From the NCBI GenBank assembly GCA_038496445.1, contig JALMLS010000367.1, forward strand, positions 1-42,078: 42,078 nucleotides of DNA. Direction: 5' to 3'. Shown one piece after another: positions 1 through 13,457 of this stretch; the stretch's first letter is position 1, and every line of letters starts with the position of its first letter. A program made the position numbers and the translations under genes. The DNA comes from Trichosphaerium sp. ATCC 40318 (lineage: Eukaryota > Protista > Tubulinea). The notes under the pieces are model-generated. The model saw only the letters and a program-made list of their open reading frames with translations, did no database searches and was not told where the DNA came from.

Positions 1-1
1 A

Positions 2-1190
2 GAACGGCATTCAAGAAGTACTGCTATTAACTGGGATAGCTGTCAGGAATTCTGCAGTGTTTTTGGCGTTGAGTATAGTAACGAAAATGCAAAGGAAGAT
101 GAGGTATATGTATGTAGTGACCAAGAGGACGAAGAAGATGAGGTTGACCTGTACCAAGATGATTGTTATGTTTTAAAAGATGGATCAAACCAGTTTGCTT
201 ATGAAAGGTTCAGTAATATCACAGGATTGATTCAACACGCTCCACGTCATTTAACCAAGAAACTAAAGAAACTAGAAAAGATTCATGGAAATAGTATTTA
301 TACAAATGTTGATGTATTTGGTATGACACCTTTACATGTTGCAGCTGATAGGGCTGAGGTGAGTGCTAGTGGTGAGGTATATAGTAAAATCTACAGCACT
401 GTGAAAAAACACCAAATCGACTTTAACCTTAGAGATAACTTTGGCAAAACAGTATTGATGTACATAGGGGAGGATTTATCAATAGACAACATTGATACAT
501 GTGAATCCTTTGATTTTAACCTTAGAGATAATAGAGGATGGTCTTTTCTGCACTATAGTCCCAGATATGATATATTAGTTAATGGATTGCACTTGTTTGA
601 TATTGATATATTTTGGATGTGGTTTATTAGAGAGGATTATGAATTGCTACTTGATGAAGCAATTATTCCTTATTGGGAAAACCTCAATATTTTTTGAACC
701 TGATGAAGATGGACGGACCATTGCTTTTAAGATTGCAGAGGTTGATGACAAACATCAAACATTAGAGTACGGTGAATTTTCTAAAATCATTTGCAAACAC
801 AAAAACTTCATACCTAACCACCAAGATATTCTTGGTGACACTGCGCTCATTGCTGCTTGCAAAAGTTTTAATCCTCAAATGATTTTCCAGCTTGTTATGT
901 CTGGTGTTGATGCTACAATAAAGAATCATGAAGGCAAGACTGCCCTTGATTATATTTTGGATTGGCAGAAGTGTGATCCCTCTGAAGTAGATGAAGCGTT
1001 AGCTAATAGTGATGATGCTATTGATAAGGAAATAATAAATGCTCTCACAACTGGTGTTGTGTCAAAACAAGCTCTTTACTATATGTCCTTACTAGATGAG
1101 CAAGGTACCAATGCAGCACCTTGGAGCTATGAACTTTCAAGGTATTTGTTGGTAAAGAAGATGGGCTTAAAATCGAGGCATCAACATTGA
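2..1190 (+). CDS. Ankyrin-repeat protein, 5'-truncated by window edge, apparently intronless, one frameshift near 690
   Basis: The frame of ORF 227..697 is open from position 2. Ankyrin motifs DVFGMTPLHVAA, DNFGKTVLM, DNRGWSFLH, DILGDTALIAAC and NHEGKTALDY span two overlapping ORFs that join if one T is removed from the T-run at ~690-695. Confidence 0.8.
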
Positions 1191-1540
1191 TTGGATCGCC
1201 TCAGGACTACTAGTTGTGCGTTGTGTTATTTGCACCAGGTATCCTTATATGTTGAAGTCATTGTAATTCTTAAAATTTAATAAAAGTAACATACAGAATA
1301 ATAGTTGAGTGAAAAAACTAAAGCAGTTGTCAGAATAAAATCGACTGAGAATTTTTGCCAAAATAACTAAATACCTACATTCTCTCAAGTTGCTGCATTT
1401 ATTTAACTACAAACACTGTAAATAATCTCTAAACAACTAAAACAATAGCAGAAGCGATACAGGTACTTACAAGCTTGTAACAGAGAATACCAATCACGTG
1501 CTTTCTAGGTCATGTTCAAAAAGGATTTTGAGTTATCCCT

Positions 1541-4500
1541 TCAGTTTGTTGAAGCGAATCGAGCCAAGTTTACTACAAAGGAAACATCCATTAATACTCA
1601 AGTTCAATGCCATTTTTAAAAAGAAGTACATACCAGTAGGATGGGTAAATTCTAAAGACTTTGGCACGTGAATCTATAAAAAAAAACAAGAAGTTAGCAT
1701 ACCATTGAAAACAAGCTATCTGATAAAGCGTTCCGTTAAAAAGATGTAGTTGTAAAAACAAAGAACAGTATGAAAATGGACAACTCCAAGTGCAAGAGAT
1801 GTGGGTTGATGGCGAACACAAATGCTGGAACTCAAAGCACAGCGTACCTGGTGTTCTGGGTTTGATAAAACTATTGAGTTCATGTGAAGTATACTTTGTT
1901 CTACTAAGCTTGCGAATAACTCACTAGATATTAGAATTTCTCTGTGTTTGCTTAGTTGTCCTGTAACACAAAAAGATATCGAATCATTCTTTATCATGTA
2001 TCCAATACCTAAACAAAGTTAAACGGGTGGGAATAGTTTGTTGTGTTGAGAACAAAAAAAAGTCAGAAAAAAATGCGGAAAAAAAAAAGTCATACCAAAC
2101 CCTCTAGTAACTACAGGTCCAAATCCAAAAGCACTTAAAGAAGGTGAACCACAATGACTAGAAGAAAGCTTCCAGTGACTTGATTTTTTGAAGTTAGGAT
2201 CAGTAAACAGCTGAGGAACCTCAATGTCTAAAAAAATCAATCGTGAGCCAAAACAAGAAACAAAACAATCCTGTTTTCTTACCTTCTCCTTTAGCTCGAA
2301 GTTCTTCCAGTATTTTACCAAGACCAAATAAGTGCCTATCGACTCCCATACCCTTTAAGAAAAATTACATTGTACAAGGCTCCACAGAACAAAGAAAGTA
2401 TTTTTGGTTTTTGATAATTTCAATAAAGTTTCGTGCCTTCTTTGCTTTTCTCATGTACGCCACATGAGACTCAACAGCTTGTTTAAGCAGCGTTAATTGT
2501 GATGGTCTATTATCAAAACCATAACTTAGAAGTGGTGCAAAAGAGCTTTTTACAAACTCTAAAGAAGCCAAACTACAGCTTCTTACAGTTTCAGTACGTC
2601 CATGGAAAAAAGTCCTTGTTGATGCCGACTCATACGTCCTAAGCACCATTACCTGTGAAAATCATGCTTCACTATGAGTAAAACTAGTACGTACGCGCAA
2701 CAGTTACCAAACATCTTATAGTAAGCCAATTGTATAGCAATTTGGATAAAGGCATCAGGAGACATTTTGTTTTCTTTTATCCATTTTCCACCAAATTTAG
2801 TAAACCTTAACATTGACGTTGCATTATTAAGAACGAGTTCTCTGTATTTAAGATATGCTGCTTTTATCGAGTCTTTGATATCTTCGGATAACTTGAATTG
2901 TAATCTCTCTGGGCGGTCTTGTTTTGCTGGAGGCTTTGTGTTTGGAACTTTTGAACCATATTTGCAACAGTGTTTATACATTGTATCAGCTAATCGAAGA
3001 GTTGATGTTCCATCAGCGGATGCGTGCTCCCATACCACACCAGCTTTGCCATTACGACATACTATGAGTTGATTTTTATCAAACCAACGGTTACTGCCAT
3101 CACCTAAACGAACAAAAGTAAATATAAAGATAAATACAAAACAAGAGCATAAAACACGAAAACAGATCACTGTGCACGTGACAGTAAAAGGTGTTGATGT
3201 GCAATTAGTAGAATGATTTTTTAATAATAAATATTAGTTTTTGGTCAGTACCGTGAAGTGCAACACGACAGAGTTCCTCGACGTTTTGAGGTGTTTTATC
3301 ATCAAGACAAAGTATGATAAGAGCTGATTGTATAACCTTTAATATATCGGCATTCTTCTTACTATGCTCAATCAAATCTTCTCTTACAGTAGCCCATTGA
3401 TCTCTTTCTTCAGATGTGAGTGTACCAATAGGAAGCTGAGTTTTTTGAGAACGAGCATCGGTTAAAATATACGACAAGCATCTATTTACAGAAGAAATAT
3501 TATGAGCTTTGGTTTTGAGTTCTGTTAAATGTCTTACTGTTCTATGTACGATATAGAGCGTACAGATCCTTTATCTAATACACGCATACTGTAAAAGTTA
3601 TCCTTATGTAACACGACCACGTGTTTAGAGTCACAGTATTCATACTGCGTTGTTTTTGATCCGAAATCACGACCAATTGGTTCTTTCTGATACGTGATGA
3701 GGTGATCACGTTTCTTTCCAGGTACTCGAGAACATGCGAATAATCTTGGGTATTGACTCATACATAGAGGTGTACCACGTTCAGAATCAGGTGATAATGT
3801 TTTCGCTTCGATTTCTTGACGGAATGTCAATGCGCCATGAAGAAGTCCTGCAGCTCGTGATACTTGATTTTGTTCCTCTACGATAGACGTTAACTTTAGT
3901 ACTATAAATTGAGTAGTCTACGGTACCTGGACGAGGTTGATCTTCAAAAGTATAAAAGTAATTGACGTGTACACTAAAGCATCAAATAAGTTTAAGAGAA
4001 AAAAACAAACACTAAAGAATCATGCTTTTCAAGGTTAGGTGAAGAGTGTAGAAGCTCAAAAGTTTATTCCCAGCAGAAGATACTGTGGTTACTCGATTGC
4101 AGGTCACAACACGTTGATTCCAGGCAACTAAAGATAGAAAAAAAATAAAACTTAAAAAAACTTTCAAGAAAATAACAAATGAGTGAGTCTTTCTTCAGAC
4201 TGAACCAAAGCGTTCAACGCACCTAATGGGAGCTCTACCTTCACAATAACTATCATCCCACCAATCTTCAAGCCAGCTAGGACACCGAGTTTGGCTTTTT
4301 GCAACCAATTTTTTTTGAAGCTAAAAAGGGCGTTACAAGTTTATCCGGTATGCCTGTCGCTTATGGTACCATTTCTCCTACGCCTCCAGGCGCTATAAAC
4401 TCATCTACAGCGGCTTTTGTCGTTATAAAGTCTTCTATCGTTGATAACGGTTTAACAGACTCCAAATACCTTTAATAATGTTACCGGAGCGCTTAGGAAG

Positions 4501-4807
4501 CGAAAAAAGCGATGATTGGGTGTTTGTGTCATCATGATGGGAATTCGCGTGTTGATGCCACGTACAGTTTACAAGTATCTTCTAACGAAGGTACTGGCAG
4601 TTTAGGCAAATCGCTTTGATTAGAAAAGGTTCCCTGTAACGTCTCCTTCTTTTTTGGCTCTTTCTCTTCGCCACTACTCTGTGAAGAAGCGTCCTTGTTG
4701 TCTTGAACGTCCGTCCAACCAAATACAGATCTTACTTCCTTTTTGTTGCCTATAACGCTATCGTTATAACCTGCGTATGTACTTAGATAAAATAACGCGT
4801 ACGCCAT
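1541..4807 (-). CDS. Carnitine/choline O-acyltransferase family protein (multi-exon; 3' end approximate)
   Basis: Family motifs in order: LPKLPVPSLEDTC, PLCMSQYPRLF, NRWFDK, catalytic EHASADG, SPDAFIQIAIQLAYY, TYESASTRTFFHGRTETVRS, GFGPVV. Confidence 0.92.
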
Positions 4808-5337
4808 GCTATTCGCGGAGAGCTGACTTTTCTATTTCTGATAGTATTTTCGAACCGTTTATCCTTGTCCCTAGCGAATTACGGTAGCGCAAAGCAAGGT
4901 ACAGTGAATTGTACCAAAACGATAGTTCAAAGTCTTGTAAATCAGTTTGTGTGAGTGACCTTCGCACTAGAGCGTCTCGCTTTGCCATTTACCACAACTA
5001 CTTCAATAAAAAAGCCAAAAAAAGCAGAATTCAGTCAACAGTATACTTGTGCACTATTTTTATACAAACCACCTTCTTTACGCGTAGAATAGTCTTCTAC
5101 GTCGGAAAAAGCTCAAAAACTAAGGAAGAGGTTTTTCCCTTTAGCACGTGTGCGTGGCCTGATGACATAATGGCGTGTGCAGCTCGTAGATCGCCCCCAA
5201 AGGCACCGAGAGCTTAGTTTATTGGTAAATTGGGTACATATCACAACTGGGGCAAATGTTGTTCCCTGCGACTCAATTTGGACCAAACTGTCTTCAAATC
5301 TACTTCAACACAATAACGCCACCACTTATCAATACAA

Positions 5338-6674
5338 ATGGGCAATACAGCAAGCGCAGGAGAATTTACATGGAGGTCTACAGCAGGCGATATAGCCAAG
5401 AAGTACAACCCTGACCTTACAGACAAGGTAGCTGTTGTAACAGGTAAGTTCTTTAGGTGTCAACCAACCGACTAATCTTTTTAGGCGCAAACGTTGGTAT
5501 TGGCTATGAAACAGCACGTTGCTTCGCAGGGCTAGGCGCTAAGACGTATTTGGCGTGCAGAAATGAAGATAGAGCGTCTCAAGCCATAGCTGACCTCAAA
5601 GCGAGTGGCATTGACGAAAAATTACTACACTTCCTAAAAGTACGAAGATGATCTTTTTTCTGAAAAAAAAAACCGCCTCCTGAGTTTACTTTACATTTCC
5701 TAACCTCTTTGCTCTAAGCTTGATCTTGGGTCTCTGGCATCTGTAAAGGAAGCTGTAGCTGAGTTACATACAAAGGAAGACAAACTAGACTTTCTCATCC
5801 TCAATGCGGGTACAGCATCGTTTTCTTATTCTGTTTTTTTTATTATTATTTGCGGAAGATCTTTGTTAAAATAACTCCGTTTTTAGGAATCATGGCTTGT
5901 CCTTTCGGCAAAACAGTAGATGGGTTTGAAAAACAGATTGGTGTTAATCACTTTGGCCATTACGCATTTGCAACACGTCTTTTAGATCTCGTTGAACAAG
6001 GTGATAAATCAAGAATTATTGGTCTTTCTTCTCTTGCACATACTTTCGGTACGTTTTGTTTATCACGTGTTTTGTTTTATTTCCTTTGTTTTAATGGCAG
6101 TATTTAGGCAACGGAGCGCCATTACAGTTAGACGATCTACAATGGGAGAAAAGAGATTATGCTACATGGAGCGCCTATGGAGCTAGTAAACTTGCTAATG
6201 TTCTTTTCATAAAAGAACTTCAACGTCAACTCACAGAGAAGAAATCCGAAGTCACGTGCCACAGTGTACATCCTGGTGCAGTGAAAACAAACTTGGGAAG
6301 ACATCAATCATGGATAGGTTATCTTTCCCCAGTGCTGGGTGTATTTATGAATTTAAAGACACCTGAACAAGTACATAGCTTTTTTAGCTTGAACTTTTTG
6401 TTATTGTCTTTTTCTCACGTATTTTAAAGGGTGCCGCAACATCAATGTATTGCGCTTTGAATCCAGACCTACAAGACACTCCTGGACTATATTACAGTGA
6501 CTCTTCAGTACGTGAAAAGAGAAGAATTAAATTTCCTTTTTTTTTCCTATTTTTTTTTTTGGGTCTGATTGTTATTTGCAGGAGACGAAACCAATTGATA
6601 AAGCAAATGATGTGGAGTTTGCAAAGAAATTATGGGAAATCTCAGAATCATTGGTTGCTCAACACCTTGAGTAA
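5338..6674 (+). CDS. Short-chain dehydrogenase/reductase, retinol dehydrogenase/WWOX-like (multi-exon)
   Basis: Spliced TGANVGIG cofactor motif, LACRN, LDLGSL, LNAGIMACP, GVNHFGH, catalytic YGASK, VHPGAVKT. The N-terminus MGNTAS fits a myristoylation consensus. Confidence 0.92.
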
Positions 6675-7840
6675 CAATAATGTTCACTCGGGTAAACCTT
6701 TATGTAATAAGCTAAATAAAGATTGTTTTAAAAGTTGGTCTAAATGTATTGCTGAAATGTTAAAGGGCACACGAAAGATGAGAATGGATATGTGGCCTTA
6801 GTTGTAGGATTAATAGCGTGTTATTAAAGGTTGCTACATATTCAGAGAACATATTTTATGTTCATTGCAGAGATATCTGTCATTGTTCTCATTAAAAAAT
6901 GTGATCAGAGAATTATACCGTTTGCTGTTGTACTTATTCCAGTATGTTGTTTGAGTGTCGCATGAATACTATTAAATCAAAAGGGTGCTAACACCTCCTG
7001 CAGTAGTAAACGACATGAGGATCATTAACAGGCTTAGCTCCAATAATAGTTGAAGTGACACATATACATACATGTTTTATCATTAATATCAAACTCCCTT
7101 TTATTTGATTAACTTCCAATCTAGAGACATCACAGAAATAGACCACAATCACAAGTATCACGTCCTACTATTACAATGCAACAAAGAAGTAGACCAACAA
7201 GTCAAAGAGACATTGTTCGTGCTACTTCTACCAATAATAGACAGAAAACACGTGCCACCGATGATGGCATCCTAAACGGGTTCTATCTAACCATTTCTTT
7301 GTCGGTACAGTAAAAGGCCGAAAATTGTGCAATTTGCTGGCTGATTTTGACTGGATTTGTGGGTTTTGGGAATGAATATTAATGAATATGGCTTACGGGA
7401 CAATGAATATGAATATTGCTTGTATTCATAACGGAAGGGCGTTAAGTTAAAGTTCCAACAAAAAAACCATCCAAATGAACATGAAATGATTCTAGAAACG
7501 GCTTTCAACCTATTCAAAGTGTTCAAAAGATGACACAACAGCAATTTGTTACTAAAGTTGCTTGACTGCAATATTCAGTCCTGTGGAGAGACGAGTTATT
7601 ACAATATCTTCTTTAGTAACCGGGATAATGTACTTCTAAATTTTGTTTTTTTTATCATTTCTTGTTCATCCCACGTGATTATTTTATTAATAGGTCACTC
7701 TACGGAACAACTTTTGTTATGTGTATTTTTATGCTTTTACCAACTATGCATACAAAATGAAAAACTAGTTCAAACGTTATGTTTTTTGATTGTGATTAGT
7801 ACATTTGCTTTGTTTCTTTAAGGTTTACTGATTGTGATAG

Positions 7841-8689
7841 TCACAACATGTCAATTAATCTTAGAAGTTCTGTATCTTTTGGTGTGTATTCTTTGACTAC
7901 CTGTAACATAACGTAACTAATGCTTTCCATATACCACGGAAAATCACCTGAACCATTTGCAACATCTTTCAAAAATTCCAGCCATGTTGCTTTACTGTTC
8001 TTGAGCGTATTTCTAGAAAATACAATCAAGGCCATTGGATGCATAACATCAGAAGTAGGGTGGTCCATGCGAGAGTCAATATAAAACCCATAATCTTCCA
8101 TGAATGACGCTGATTTATCCCATGTATTGTACAAAACCAAGAATGCATCATAATACTTTTTATCAAGAAGTACTTTCTCTAAGAAAGTATGAACAGCATC
8201 GATGTGAGTGGAAACTTGTGCATCAAATTCCTCGAAAACTATTTGATTGTCACAGTCGTCTTCTAGCAAGCTACTATCCGATTTAGAACAAAGATATTCC
8301 ATCGTATAGTACATCAAAAAACCACTATGTCGCATTGAATCAATAAAGACACACTCTGTGAAACATTTTTGTTTCCACGTGAGCGACAAGTCCAATCTTC
8401 TTGGATTTTGTGGATTTTGGTTGAAAAATGGAGGGTAGAAATATCCAGTTGTGTAGTCTTTGTTTTCCAGGTTGTAATGGATACTGTAAACCTCACGCCA
8501 TAGTAAATCATCCTTAGCAATCGTGTGCCATTGTTTACACACTGATAGGTTATGTAGGCTTTGTAGAGCAACAATTACGACTTTTCCAGTTGCTACCTCT
8601 TTAAAAATAGCGTAAATGATCTCAACAGGTAAGTTCGCAATTGTGGTGGTCTTTAGAAGTGAATTATTTAAAGGACGCGTTTGTGCCAT
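7841..8689 (-). CDS. F-box protein with unknown C-terminal domain (single long ORF)
   Basis: IANLPVEIIYAIF...LSVCKQWHTIAKDDLLWREVY matches an F-box; likely ATG at 8689. Confidence 0.75.
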   Translation of the reverse strand: MAQTRPLNNSLLKTTTIANLPVEIIYAIFKEVATGKVVIVALQSLHNLSVCKQWHTIAKDDLLWREVYSIHYNLENKDYTTGYFYPPFFNQNPQNPRRLDLSLTWKQKCFTECVFIDSMRHSGFLMYYTMEYLCSKSDSSLLEDDCDNQIVFEEFDAQVSTHIDAVHTFLEKVLLDKKYYDAFLVLYNTWDKSASFMEDYGFYIDSRMDHPTSDVMHPMALIVFSRNTLKNSKATWLEFLKDVANGSGDFPWYMESISYVMLQVVKEYTPKDTELLRLIDML

Positions 8690-9342
8690 GACTTGTTTTC
8701 TTAGCTCTGTGTGGTGGCACAAACAAACAGGCTGTGAAAATGGTTTTACAAATACTTGACTTTTTTTCCAAGAAATGGGCAAGCTTCAGCATAGTATCAT
8801 TTGCTCCAACATCTACAAACAGTTCAGGCACTAGGCTCCACTACCTTTGAAAAAAAAAAGTAAAGACTGTTTATTTTTCTTACCCTGCTGATATTAAGCG
8901 ATGACTATAGATTGAGTTCAAACTCAAAGTCACATGACATTGTAGGCTGGGTAGAGGTGGCAGTGATGTGGTTGTTTATCAATTACTCAGTAGGCTATAA
9001 TTGAAGTTATAGCTCATAACCACAGTGTTTATTTTTGTACAGGTGCAAAAAATAATGTTGATTTAAAACTAAGTTTGTTCACGTAATGGTTTACGTCAGT
9101 TTGTTGCCACGGTACTCCTTCTGGTAAACATATAAACAAACATTACATCTTGTGTTGCCTGTTCACGTTCCAAGTGAGCAAAGGATAAACTATTAAGAAT
9201 GGAATAATGTTGTACCAGGTAAAATCATTATGTGAACTAATGATACAACAATGTATTTGTGTTTCAAACCAAATAAATCACGACGATAGGCACCAAATAA
9301 GATCGTAACTTTCCAATTAAAACCCTTTGCGTAGTAACGGTA

Positions 9343-12300
9343 ATGCGAGCAGTCAGTTTATTGGAATCAAGCGTTATCGGGCTGATACTGACCATTGGAA
9401 TGGTGCTAGCACAACAAAGTCTCGAAGAGGCTTTAAAACCAAAGTACAGTAACTTGGACCCGTTTCACGTGCGTTTTGGATTCGGTTTAATATTTAATAT
9501 CAATAAGATACTTTAGCTTTGTGACGCTACGGAAGTTGCTTGTGATACCAACAAAACGATAGAGGCCATGTAACCGCGCGCCTAATTTATGCTTCGTGAT
9601 ATTTCTACTTATCATGTGATAGTCACCTTACAGATGCTGATTTGCCAACTATGAATTTAACAACTGATGCTTTCGATGATTTTGATACTCTTACGGAGAT
9701 GTACGAATGTTCGGCGATTATCCCTCAATTGCTTTAGAATCATTTCAAGTAATAAAGTGACGTGGACGTTTGATATCAATCCAGGGAAACTCTTAAATCT
9801 CGCAGTACTGTACGTTTGGCAATATACTTTAGCTAACAGAAGAAAGAGTTCTAAGGGGAAGCACGAAGTCAGCTTATATTTCGCCAAGAATTTGTAATAT
9901 GACTTCACTCAGGCGCTTGTATGTTACTGTGGTATACTATTTACAGCTAATTGCAATAAGGCGGCTTGAAAATGTATTTCTTTCAGGAAGTATTCCAAAT
10001 TGTATTGGTACTATGATCAACTTAACATCAATGTACACTCACCTTTACTGGTACTTTAATCTCAACGCTACAATTAGAGACTTGAGCCATTCCAGATTGG
10101 ATGGTAATGGTGGCTTACAAGGTATAATTCCTCCTGAAATAGTGAATCTAAACAACCTGAACAAATTGTAAGTACAATATTTTAAAACTATTGTCTTTCT
10201 AAAATGTTTCGTTTAGAAGTTTATACCACAATAACTTGACTGGGAAAATACCAGATAACCTATTTGCAAGGCTTCCTCAACTTGGGTTTTTGTACGTGAT
10301 AGCACTGTGCCACATTAATGCTTACGTTTTTGGAAGCGGTCTTGTTTCTACGAGTATTGAAGGACCTTTACCAATCATTACAGACGCCTCCAGCATCCAT
10401 TCTTTGTGCGTTTTGTTCTTGTAGAGCATTTGCTAATTGTCCACCCAACAGGGTATTGGATTACAGTAGTAAAATAACAGGAGAAATACCCGACGTTTTT
10501 TACACACGTGGATTCACTCGCTTGTACGTCTAATGCACTTAATAACATTCTGACAAAAAGGAAAAGGGGTGTAAGAGGATTACCAACGTTTACAGACAGT
10601 CTTGATATCGCCCGTATGGAGGCGTTTCCAGGCAATTTTGTGGATGTGAGTGAATTGTACGACAAGCGCAAAACTTTATCACTTGCTACTTGTTTGTTTT
10701 TAACACGTGGATAGTCACATTTCAGACAAAGAGTTGATTGATTTTCCTCAATTCTTTGGCAACATGACTCAGCTTAATAACCTGTATGCTTGAGCGTTTC
10801 TGTTCCTTGTTTATGGTTACTTGTTTATCGATATAGGGAGATAGTTAATTGCAGCTTACAAGGAACTATTCCAAGTTTTCTTGGTAGTCTTAATTTTATA
10901 AAGTTGTATGTTCATCCACAAGTAGTTTTATTCTGTTGACCTTGTTTAGGAGTCTTAGGGGTAACAATTTGAGTGGCCAAATACCTTCATGGATATTCAA
11001 CATAGACACTGTGTAATGGCCCAGTTTTTGTGATCTTGAATATAGTATTTAATAACACTTGTAGGAACCTTAGAGACAATATGTTCGAAGGAGATTTACC
11101 ACAATTAGAAAAAAGTCAGATAGAAAAGTCTATAATGTTAGTTTGGACTTTTTCCTATTTCTTTCTCTAATAATCTTTCGTAGAAGATTAAGTGGTAACA
11201 AACTCACTGGAAACCTTAGTGCTATATTTAGTGATTACTCTCTGGTGTACGTCTGGAAATGGTATAGGCTCTAATTGTTTACTGTTGTGAAGGGAAGTAG
11301 CAAACAACATGTTAAGTGGAGGTATAGAGCATTTGACAACTGGCAACACAAGGACCATGTATGTCATAGAATTATTATTCTATTTAGTCTTAATATTCAA
11401 TCAAGAGACGTTTCAAACAATAATTTCTCTGGAGTTCTGCCTGAGTTTAATACAAATGTCAACTATAATTCAATGTGAGTATTTATTTTATTTTCATTCT
11501 TGCCTTACTTTTCGTTAGAGATTTGAGTATGAATCAATTTTCTGGATCTATTCCTCCTTCCATACTGACACTTACGGCAACTACTTTGAACTTAAATAAC
11601 ACCAAATTATCAGGACAGCTACCAAATATTACTGAAACTGACATTGTTAATTTGTACGTTTAGTATCTTCCTCATGCCTGTTCTTCGGTACATGTGTTTA
11701 CTAAATTTAAAACACAAGAGACTTATCAAATAATGAACTATTTGGGCCATTGCCTGCGTTCCTCAGAGATGTCACTACAATGTACGTTTCTCTAGCACAT
11801 CACTGTTTCTATTATGTTTTTCATACTTCTTATGTCTCATACTCACATTGACCTTAGAGACGTTCGGAACAATAGTTTTTGGTGTCCACATGTACCATTT
11901 TCAGTAACCAACTGGTATGAAAAGGGTAAGTGCTAAGCGTCTACTAACATATTGTAGTGCTGAGTTTGAAGCTTCTTTTGAAAACAACTACTTTTGTCAA
12001 GACTCTAATACGACTTGTCAACAACTCGGAGATATCCCATGCACTGACTCATGCCTGAGTCCACCCATCATAGTTCCTCAGGGCATAAAAGTTGATGGCA
12101 AGCTAATAATCAATTTTGATATCATCATCAAAGGTATGAAACGTCGCCAAAAGTATATTGTTTTAACCGTTTTCTTAGGCGACTTTATTCTACCAACCAA
12201 CACATTTCTCGAGACTGAACTAGGATTGACATTTAATGTGACTGGTTGTGTGGATATCAACGGAACAGTGGTATTGGAAGAAGACGATGAAACAAGTGAC

Positions 12301-12691
12301 AAGTTACTTGAGATTCGGAGTTTGAACTGTAAGATAAGTCTTAGAGATGACTTTACAGCAGCCACACCAAATTGTGTTCTTGATGTTACACTTAACAGTA
12401 AGTAGGACATATGTTGCTGTTAACAAACTATTACTTTGCTGATACATTTTATTAACAGGGCAAGCAACATTACTTACAATACTGAGACCACCATCGTGTG
12501 GAAAAGAGCCATCATCGCAATCAACAGATAGTTCTAAAGTGTCAGTTGGCGTAATCATTGGTGTTACAATGGGCGTTGGTTTAATCATTGTAATTGTAAT
12601 AATTGCTATTGTACTCGCTGTTCCCAAGATTAGACGCGGAGTACTGCCATTTAGAGACTATGAAAAAACACGTGCAAAAACAATAAAATAA
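9343..12691 (+). CDS. Secreted/type-I membrane leucine-rich-repeat receptor-like protein (plant-type extracellular LRRs, no kinase)
   Basis: Signal-like start MRAVSLLESSVIGLILTIGMVLA. Many exons carry LxxNxLSGxIP repeats (LSGSIPNCIG, LTGKIPDNLF, NNFSGVLPEF, NQFSGSIPPS). A Cys-containing cap and the TM VGVIIGVTMGVGLIIVIVIIAIVLAV are followed by a short basic tail. Confidence 0.85.
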
Positions 12692-13457
12692 TAAGATTGT
12701 ACAACCATATAGATTACCGACCACTTACTTTTAGTGACACCACGATTAGTATACGATTCTTTTGAACATACCAATTCTCTGTACTCCATAACATGTGATA
12801 CTCGTTTGGTTAAATCTTTCCAGGATCTAGCGTTTGTGTAGTACAAGAAGCTGTATTGTTTACTGCCTTGTACAAACCATGACAAAAACATGCGCTAGTT
12901 GTTATGTGTGAATTGTTTAAATGAACTAACCACTAGTAACATAAAACTCGAAATAGCAAATGGTTTTTTGCTATTGGGTTCTACTCTTTGTGATGTATTG
13001 GAGAAAATAACCACATTGAAAAAATATGGAATCACGCTAGTTATGCTCACTTATGATACCACACCATAGAAATATAGTACAGATATATCATAGTAGTGTC
13101 CGCACATGAAAACAATGCGAACTTTCGTTTTCAGCTTGATTATACTATCACTTTGTTTCCTTATCTTCACGCCTACGGAATACGCGAACAAAAGGTATCG
13201 CCCATGTGATCGAAACGACACGGGGTCTGTTTACCCGTAGCTCGCTAGTTATTTTGTACACTGCGCGTAATATTCGCTTGCTCGCGCTTGTTGTTTCTCC
13301 GCACGTGTAGGTACAATACATATAAATTTTGACTTTCTCTACCTAGCGCTAGGTTAAGTTTGTGTGTTCGTTTTAAAACTCACCATAAAAAAGCAGAATC
13401 TCGTGAACAACATATCATTAACAACAACTCTTGAGCTTTCAAAGCTTGTTGTAAACT

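Noticed and set aside
685-700. Programmed +1 frameshift at TTT-TGA in the ankyrin gene
   Set aside because: Other 1-nt homopolymer discrepancies occur in the window (Rho P-loop, fibrillarin 1), so a sequencing or assembly indel is the simpler explanation.
6690-7800. Possible additional spliced gene between the SDR and the F-box gene (also 8800-9300 and 12700-13400)
   Set aside because: I could not assemble a consistent exon chain or recognise a motif.
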